Shown piece by piece: positions 26,657-32,000 of a stretch of 32,000 bases of DNA; position 1 is the first letter of the stretch; each line of letters starts with the position of its first letter. The stretch is from Rhodococcus sp. KRD197. Lineage in GTDB: Bacteria; Actinomycetota; Actinomycetes; Mycobacteriales; Mycobacteriaceae. The stretch lies in assembly GCF_050320385.1 (NCBI RefSeq), contig NZ_CP190355.1; one strand, 5' to 3'. A program made the translations under genes and the position numbers. Under the pieces are notes generated by a model that worked only from the letters and a program-made list of their open reading frames with translations, was not told the origin of the DNA and did not search any database.

Positions 26657-27608
26657 GTGCGATTAGGGGTGCTCGACGTCGGAAGCAACACAGTGCATCT
26701 GTTGGTGGGATGCCCACCGAGGTGGGCATCCCACACCCATGAGCTCTTCGAAGGCCACATTGCGGCTGTCGGAGAACACCGATGCCGCTGGCAACATCAC
26801 CCGTGCAGGTGCAGACCGCCTGGTGGGCGAGGTCGGTGACTTCGCCACGATCGCCAGAAAGTCCGGTTGTGAAGAGCTGATGGCGTTCGCGACCTCGGCG
26901 GTACGTGACGCACACAACAGTGACGCAGTTTTGGAGCGCGTGCGAACCGAGACGGGGGTGACCCTGCAGACATTGTCGGGCGTCGACGAGGCCCGTCTGA
27001 CGTTCCTCGCAGTTCGGCGTTGGTACGGGTGGAGCGCCGGGCGCATTCTCAATCTCGACATCGGCGGCGGGTCTCTCGAACTCACCTCGGGCAGCGATGA
27101 GGACCCCGATGCCGCGTTCTCGCTTCAGCTCGGTGCAGGCCGCCTGACCAGGGACTGGCTCGACGCCGACCCGCCCGGCAAGCGACGCGTGGCGGTGCTG
27201 CGGGATTGGCTCGACGCCGAGCTCGCGACGCCGGCGAAGGAGATCTTGTCGGCGGGTGATCCGGATCGCGCTGTGGGCACGTCCAAGACATTCCGGTCGC
27301 TCGCGAGACTGACCGGTGCCGCCCCGTCGGCCGCCGGCCCGAGAGTGACCAGAACGCTGACGGCGGACGGTTTGCGGCAACTCATTGCGTTCATTTCGCG
27401 GATGACGGCCTCGGACCGTGCAGAATTGGAAGGAGTCAGCGCCGACCGCTCGCCGCAATTGGTGGCCGGGGCGCTGGTGGCGGAAGCGAGTATGCGAGCG
27501 CTGTCGATCGATACGATCGAGATCTGCCCGTGGGCGCTGAGGGAAGGTTTGATTTTGCGGAAGCTGGACACTGAATCGGACAGCGATCTGGTGGTGCGTT
27601 CGACATGA
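26657..27608 (+). pseudogene. ppx: Ppx/GppA-family exopolyphosphatase (Rv0496/ppx1-like) with an apparent frameshift near 26705-26709
   Basis: GTG 26657 opens [17 protein letters not shown] (the ASKHA phosphate-1 loop), then goes out of frame and stops at 26837-26839. The remaining roughly 300 codons (VDAHRGGHPTPMSSSKATLRL...ICPWALREGLILRKL) lie in the next frame and end at 27608. The intact in-frame part from ATG is 26739-27608. Confidence 0.75.
26705..26734. repeat. Perfect 13-bp inverted repeat at the ppx frameshift point
   Basis: GTGGGATGCCCAC (26705-26717), cgag, GTGGGCATCCCAC (26722-26734). The arms are exact reverse complements. Confidence 0.9.
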
Positions 27609-28723
27609 CCGAGAACAACTCCAACCCGGAGGACACCGGGCAGATTTCCGTTGCCGAGTTGTTGGCGCGTAACGGTCAGAAGACGACTGCCGCCAGTTCG
27701 GGTGGACGTCGCAGGCGTGGCGTCAAGGGTGGAATCTCGGTCGCCGAGTTGACCGGTGAAATCCCGGTGGTTCGAGCCGATCCAGCCTCGGACGAGGCGC
27801 CGGTGATCGCCGATCCCGCACCCAAGGCCGCACCCAAGGCCGCACCCAAGGCCGCGCCGAAGGCTGGGCAGTCGCCCGTTACCGGGTCCACTGGATTCAG
27901 CGAGCCCGAGTTGTTGTCGGGCTCGACGACGGCGGCAGGTGACCTGCTGAATCAGTCGCACGATCAGACCGAGCAGCGTGCCGCGGCGCAGCGTCCCGTC
28001 CCCGCGCCCACGCGCCGTGGGCCGGACGTGAAGCCCGAGCGTTCACCCCGTAGTACGGGGTTCGTACCGCGGCCGCGTACTCAGCGGACCGATGTGAGCA
28101 AGGAAACGGAAGTTGGCCGGGCGCCCGATCAGGCGGAATCGGCTGGCCCCGAGTCGGTGAAGACCGAGTCACCGAAGACCGAGCCGGTGAAGACCGAGTC
28201 GCCGAAGGCGGAGTCGCCGAAGACCGAGAGCCTCGAGATCGAGAAGCCGGCGGTCGCGGTCTCGGCGGACGCCGACGATGCTGCCACCACAATCGCTCCT
28301 GCCGCCACGATCGCCGCCGCCCCCGCCCCCGCCCCCGCCCCCGAAAGCGACAGCGAGGACAAGACCGCTGACGACGCCACTGCCGTTGTCGAAGCCGTCA
28401 CGGATCCCGAAGCCGAACCGGAAGCGGAGAAATCGGACGGTAGCCGGGCGGGCAGGAAGGATGCCGTCAAGCAGTGGCTCGCGCTGCTGGGCCAGGGTGT
28501 GATCGCGGTTGTCGTGGGCGCGCTGCTCTTCAAGGGTTTCGAGCGACTCTGGGACATGCTGCCTTGGGTCGCGTTGATTCTGGCCGTCCTGGTGATCGTC
28601 GGGCTGGTTGCAATGGTGCGAATTCTGCGTCGGACCGACGACATGTTCAGCATGGTGATTGCGATCGTCGTCGGCGTGTTCGTCACCCTGGGGCCGTTGG
28701 CGTTCCAGTTGAGCACAGGCTGA
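27605..28723 (+). CDS. Rv0497-like protein with a disordered Pro/Ala/Lys/Glu-rich N-terminal region and a C-terminal transmembrane domain
   Basis: There is an ATGA overlap with the ppx stop. A duplicated ISVAEL motif, (APKA)4, (S/P)(V/P)K(T/A)E x5 and an APAPAPAP run are followed by three hydrophobic helices (LALLGQGVIAVVVGALLF, VALILAVLVIVGLVAMV, MVIAIVVGVFVTLGPLAF). Confidence 0.75.
   Translation: MTENNSNPEDTGQISVAELLARNGQKTTAASSGGRRRRGVKGGISVAELTGEIPVVRADPASDEAPVIADPAPKAAPKAAPKAAPKAGQSPVTGSTGFSEPELLSGSTTAAGDLLNQSHDQTEQRAAAQRPVPAPTRRGPDVKPERSPRSTGFVPRPRTQRTDVSKETEVGRAPDQAESAGPESVKTESPKTEPVKTESPKAESPKTESLEIEKPAVAVSADADDAATTIAPAATIAAAPAPAPAPESDSEDKTADDATAVVEAVTDPEAEPEAEKSDGSRAGRKDAVKQWLALLGQGVIAVVVGALLFKGFERLWDMLPWVALILAVLVIVGLVAMVRILRRTDDMFSMVIAIVVGVFVTLGPLAFQLSTG
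27818..27865 (+). repeat. 4 x 12-bp tandem repeat encoding (APKA)4
   Basis: GCACCCAAGGCC occurs three times exactly (27818-27853), followed by a degenerate GCGCCGAAGGCT. Confidence 0.9.
28154..28228 (+). repeat. 5 x 15-bp imperfect tandem repeat encoding SVKTE-SPKTE-PVKTE-SPKAE-SPKTE
   Basis: The repeating unit is NNN-AAG-ACC/GCG-GAG-TCN/CCG, for example gtgaagaccgagtca / ccgaagaccgagccg. It was read directly from the sequence. Confidence 0.85.
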
Positions 28724-28727
28724 TCGG

Positions 28728-29576
28728 GTGGCGAACAAGGATGGTCGCGTTGCGGTAGGGCTGTCCACGGCCTCGGTATATCCGCAGAACACCGAGGCCG
28801 CTTTTCGCTACGCCGCAGAACTCGGATACGACGGTGTCGAGTTGATGGTGTGGGCGGAGTCGGTCAGTCAGGATGTCGTCGCAGTCGCCGCGATGGCGCG
28901 CAAGTTCGGTGTTCCGGTCCAGGCCATCCATGCGCCCTGTCTGCTGATCTCGCAGCGAGTGTGGGGTGCCGATCCGGCCGCGAAGCTCGAACGGTCGGTG
29001 CAGGCGGCCGAGAAGCTCGGTGCGGGCACTGTCGTCATTCATCCACCGTTTCGGTGGCAGAAGAAGTACGCCGAAGGCTTCGGCGAGCAGGTAGCGGAGC
29101 TCGAGGACCGGTCGGATGTCGTCGTGGCCGTCGAGAACATGTTCCCCATGCGCGCCGACCGATTCTTCGGGCGAAAGGAGGGGTCGGCGGCGAGGTTGCG
29201 CAAACGAGGCGGCCCGGGTGCGGCAGTGTCCGCTTTCGCGCCGTCCTACGACCCGACCGATTCCGGTCACGCCCACTACACGCTCGACCTCTCGCACACC
29301 GCAACCGCGGGTTCGGATGCGGTGGAGATGATGAACCGCATGGGCGACGGGTTGGCCCACCTGCATCTCGCGGACGGTAGGGGAGCGTCGGTGGACGAGC
29401 ACCTCATACCCGGCCACGGAAATCAGCCGTGCGCCGAGGTGTGTACGGAGCTGAAGCGACGTGGATTCACCGGGCAAGCAGTGGTCGAGATCAACACTCA
29501 GAACGCGCGCACGCTCGCCGAGCGCGCGTCGATGCTCGGGCAGGCTCTGGCTTTCGCTCGGGAGTATTTGAACTGA
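28728..29576 (+). CDS. Sugar phosphate isomerase/epimerase (xylose isomerase-like TIM barrel, Rv0498-like)
   Basis: GYDGVELM, VVIHPPF, VAVENMF and HLHLADG segments are present. GTG 28728 lies 4 nt after the previous stop. Confidence 0.8.
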   Translation: MANKDGRVAVGLSTASVYPQNTEAAFRYAAELGYDGVELMVWAESVSQDVVAVAAMARKFGVPVQAIHAPCLLISQRVWGADPAAKLERSVQAAEKLGAGTVVIHPPFRWQKKYAEGFGEQVAELEDRSDVVVAVENMFPMRADRFFGRKEGSAARLRKRGGPGAAVSAFAPSYDPTDSGHAHYTLDLSHTATAGSDAVEMMNRMGDGLAHLHLADGRGASVDEHLIPGHGNQPCAEVCTELKRRGFTGQAVVEINTQNARTLAERASMLGQALAFAREYLN

Positions 29577-29656
29577 CGCCTGGCGGGGCACGTTCTTCGA
29601 TGCGCTAAAGTCTTTCGGATACCTTCGCTATCCAATTTGGCCGTCAGGGGGCTTGC

Positions 29657-30304
29657 ATGCGCGTATCCGAGCTCGTTGCCGAATCCGGCGTTCCTCTCGC
29701 GACCGTCAAGTACTACCTACGCGAGGGTCTGCTCATGCCCGGCGTAGCCACCAGCGCGACGCAGGCGAGCTACGGCGACGCGCACCTCGAACGACTGGCG
29801 CTGATCAAGGCGCTCGCAGGAGCCGGTCTGCCGATCGACCGCATTCGAACCGTGCTCGCGCTGATCGAGCACCCCGAATGCTCGCTGTTCGAGTCTCTGG
29901 GCCGCGCCATCGCAGCGCTGCCGCCCTACCTCGACGAGGCGACGTCGGCGGAGTTCCCGCGGGCAGAAGCGGCGCTCGACAAGCTCGGTCAGGTGTTCGA
30001 CCCGCGGTTCGTCGCGGTGGCACAACTCGAGCGAGCTCTCCGGGCGGCAGAGGATGTGGGTATCCCCATGACGGACGAGCGGCTCGAGGTGTACGGGCGA
30101 CACATCCGCGGTATCGCCGAATACGACCTCGCGCTGATGCCTGCGAGCGTCGAGGACGCCGTCCCGTACGCCGTCCTCGGCACGGCCATCTACGAGCCGA
30201 TCATCACCGCGTTGCGACGCCTGGCCCACCAGGACATCGCATCTCCTTCCAATCACCCCCACGACCACCCTCATGACGAGGTCGACGAAAGGCACGAGCA
30301 ATGA
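29657..30304 (+). CDS. MerR-family transcriptional regulator
   Basis: The N-terminal HTH reads MRVSELVAESGVPLATVKYYLREGLL, followed by the typical Y..AHLERLALIKAL helix. Confidence 0.85.
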   Translation: MRVSELVAESGVPLATVKYYLREGLLMPGVATSATQASYGDAHLERLALIKALAGAGLPIDRIRTVLALIEHPECSLFESLGRAIAALPPYLDEATSAEFPRAEAALDKLGQVFDPRFVAVAQLERALRAAEDVGIPMTDERLEVYGRHIRGIAEYDLALMPASVEDAVPYAVLGTAIYEPIITALRRLAHQDIASPSNHPHDHPHDEVDERHEQ

Positions 30305-31155
30305 CCAGCCCCTTCCGCGCCGCCACGACAGTGCAGACGGTCGAGCGAACCGAGCTGGAAGGCTCCTATTCAGCCGTCATCGGCTCCACCTGGACCATCG
30401 GATCCAAGGTGCACGGTGGGACCATGCTCGCCGTCTGCGCTGCAGCCGCGAAAGCACAACTCGGTGAAGGCGCCGGCGACGCTGCATCAGACGCCGCAGT
30501 ACAGCCTCTCGCAGTCAGCGTCACCTACCTCAATGCGCCCGACCCAGGTGAAGTGGCGCTGACCGCCATCGTCCGCAAGCGGGGCAAGCGGGTCTCGCAC
30601 GTCGATGTCGAAATGACCCAGGGGGAGCGCGTCGCAGTCCGGGCCGTGGTCACTCTCGGACGGCCGGATGTCGAGGCCCCGCGGCACGAGGTTGCCTCCT
30701 CGCTTGCATCCATGCCCGCGGAACCGCCCGCCGACGCCCACGTGATCGGCGGCGACCATCCGATGGCGTCGGTCGTGCACGTCTCCCAGGGCTGCGACAT
30801 GAGAATCGATCCATCGTCCGCGCACTTCCTGTCGGGCCGCCACGGCGAACTCGAGGTGCGGATGTGGGTGCGCCCGTACGCCGGGGATTCCGCCGATCCG
30901 GATACCGCCGTGTACTTCGCGCTGATGACGGGCGACATCTCGGCGCCGGTGACGATGAACCGCGGCATGTTCGGGTGGGCACCGACGGTGCAGTTGACGA
31001 CCTATCTACGCAAGCTGCCTGCTCCCGGCTGGCTTCGTGTCGCGGCCAGCAGCACGCTCATCGGCGACACCTGGTTCGAGGAGGACCATCTTGTCCTCGA
31101 CTCGACCGGAGCGGTCGTCGTGCAGAGTCGACAGCTGGCGATGGTGCCGAGGTAG
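30301..31155 (+). CDS. Thioesterase-superfamily protein (double hot-dog, acyl-CoA thioesterase-like)
   Basis: There is an ATGA overlap with the merR-family stop. It is 284 aa, with an N-terminal KVHGGTMLAV segment typical of the thioesterase-like fold. The family-level call is from memory. Confidence 0.65.
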   Translation: MTSPFRAATTVQTVERTELEGSYSAVIGSTWTIGSKVHGGTMLAVCAAAAKAQLGEGAGDAASDAAVQPLAVSVTYLNAPDPGEVALTAIVRKRGKRVSHVDVEMTQGERVAVRAVVTLGRPDVEAPRHEVASSLASMPAEPPADAHVIGGDHPMASVVHVSQGCDMRIDPSSAHFLSGRHGELEVRMWVRPYAGDSADPDTAVYFALMTGDISAPVTMNRGMFGWAPTVQLTTYLRKLPAPGWLRVAASSTLIGDTWFEEDHLVLDSTGAVVVQSRQLAMVPR

Positions 31156-31187
31156 CGCCAGCCGGAGCCACATCTAGGCTTGGGCGC

Positions 31188-32000
31188 ATGACGAGAATTG
31201 CTGTAATCGGAGGCGGACGAATCGGCGAGGCGCTCATCGCCGGACTGCTCGAATCGGGACATGCCGTGCGCGACCTGGTGGTGGCCGAGAAGTACCAGTC
31301 GCGCGCCGCCGAGTTGGCGTCGACCTTCGGAATCCTGACGGCGAGCATCGCGGATGCAGCAGAGAACGCCGATGTCATCGTCGTGGCAGTCAAGCCCAGC
31401 GATGTCGATTCCGTTGTCACCGAAATTGCCAAGATCGACCTGGACGGAGAGCAGGAGCAGCTGATCGTGTCCCTCGCCGCGGGTGTTCCGACGTCGAAGT
31501 TCGAGCCGAAGCTGCCCGCGGGCTTCCCCGTGGTCCGGGTCATGCCGAACACCCCGATGCTCGTGGGCGAGGGCGTCAGCGTTCTAGCGCCCGGGAAGTA
31601 CGCCAAGGCCGAACACATCGAACTCGTGCGGACGATTCTGTCTTCGGTCGGCAAGGTGGTGACGGTGAAGGAGCATCAGCTCGACGCGGTTACCGCGGTC
31701 TCGGGTTCGGGGCCGGCCTATTTCTTCCTCGTCGCGGAGGCCATGATCGACGCCGGTGTTGCGCTCGGGCTCAGGCGCGATATCGCCTCTGCGCTCGTCG
31801 TGCAGACAATGATCGGCTCCGGCGTGATGATGGATCGCTCCGATGAGACTCCGACCGAGCTTCGGTATGCCGTGACGTCCCCGGGTGGGACCACCGCCGC
31901 TGCGGTCCGAAAACTGGAACAAAACGGGCTCCGAACAGCGTTTTTCGATGCTTTGGATGCCGCGAAGGCCCGGTCTACTGAGATGGGCGTCACAGCAGAA
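31188..32000 (+). CDS. proC: Pyrroline-5-carboxylate reductase (3' end truncated by the window edge)
   Basis: ATG 31188 opens MTRIAVIGGGRIGEALIAGLL (Rossmann GxGxxG). Later segments VVAVKP, VRVMPNTP, SGSGPAYFF and SPGGTTAAAV are present. It is open to the last base of the window and absent from the ORF track because no stop is reached. Confidence 0.9.
   Translation, partial: MTRIAVIGGGRIGEALIAGLLESGHAVRDLVVAEKYQSRAAELASTFGILTASIADAAENADVIVVAVKPSDVDSVVTEIAKIDLDGEQEQLIVSLAAGVPTSKFEPKLPAGFPVVRVMPNTPMLVGEGVSVLAPGKYAKAEHIELVRTILSSVGKVVTVKEHQLDAVTAVSGSGPAYFFLVAEAMIDAGVALGLRRDIASALVVQTMIGSGVMMDRSDETPTELRYAVTSPGGTTAAAVRKLEQNGLRTAFFDALDAAKARSTEMGVTAE

Noticed and set aside
26699-26740. Programmed +1 ribosomal frameshifting in ppx, stimulated by the 13-bp hairpin
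   Set aside because: There is no recognisable slippery or hungry-codon context. The hairpin begins at the shift site rather than downstream of it. A simple 2-bp loss in a gtggtgg run, or a read error at a GC hairpin, explains the data more economically. It is kept only as a minor alternative in the finding.
1-32000. Looked for tRNA or rRNA genes, CRISPR arrays, transposases or integrases, and long terminal inverted repeats
   Set aside because: By eye I found no cloverleaf-compatible conserved tRNA motifs, no regularly spaced repeat arrays, and no DDE, tyrosine- or serine-recombinase-like ORFs. A tRNAscan, Infernal and ISfinder pass would be needed to be certain.

Overview
This is a high-GC actinobacterial chromosomal segment. 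Protein signatures and gene order fit a Rhodococcus/Nocardia-type member of the Mycobacteriales. As far as I recall the M. tuberculosis map, the backbone is collinear with Rv0478-Rv0500: deoC, DUF2505, murB, an lprQ-like L,D-transpeptidase, an SDR, mshA, an Rv0487-like YbjN protein, gpm1, senX3-regX3, Rv0495c-like, ppx1, Rv0497/Rv0498-like and proC. Genes that I do not recall from that mycobacterial region are an orphan AbiEi-like regulator, an MBL-fold/Rieske fusion protein, a BMP-type ABC transporter operon, an acyl-CoA ligase, a vapBC pair, ltrA and a MerR/thioesterase pair. I found no tRNA, rRNA, CRISPR array, transposase or integrase. I also see no convincing multi-gene novel system, and most of the window is ordinary core genome. 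Six points deserve a second look. (1) The ppx-like gene changes reading frame at the 5' edge of a perfect 13-bp inverted repeat. (2) Two intergenic hairpins, one a perfect 24-bp-arm palindrome, share an AT-rich core TACATA-N6-TATGTA. (3) An orphan AbiEi-like gene has a palindromic AT-rich putative operator. (4) An uncharacterised MBL/Rieske fusion gene follows murB. (5) A poorly coding, lower-GC interval of about 0.6 kb beside vapBC holds a possible small membrane ORF. (6) Codon-phased tandem repeats sit in the Rv0497-like membrane protein. Family assignments rest on motifs read by eye and on recalled homology, not on searches. Many start codons are approximate.
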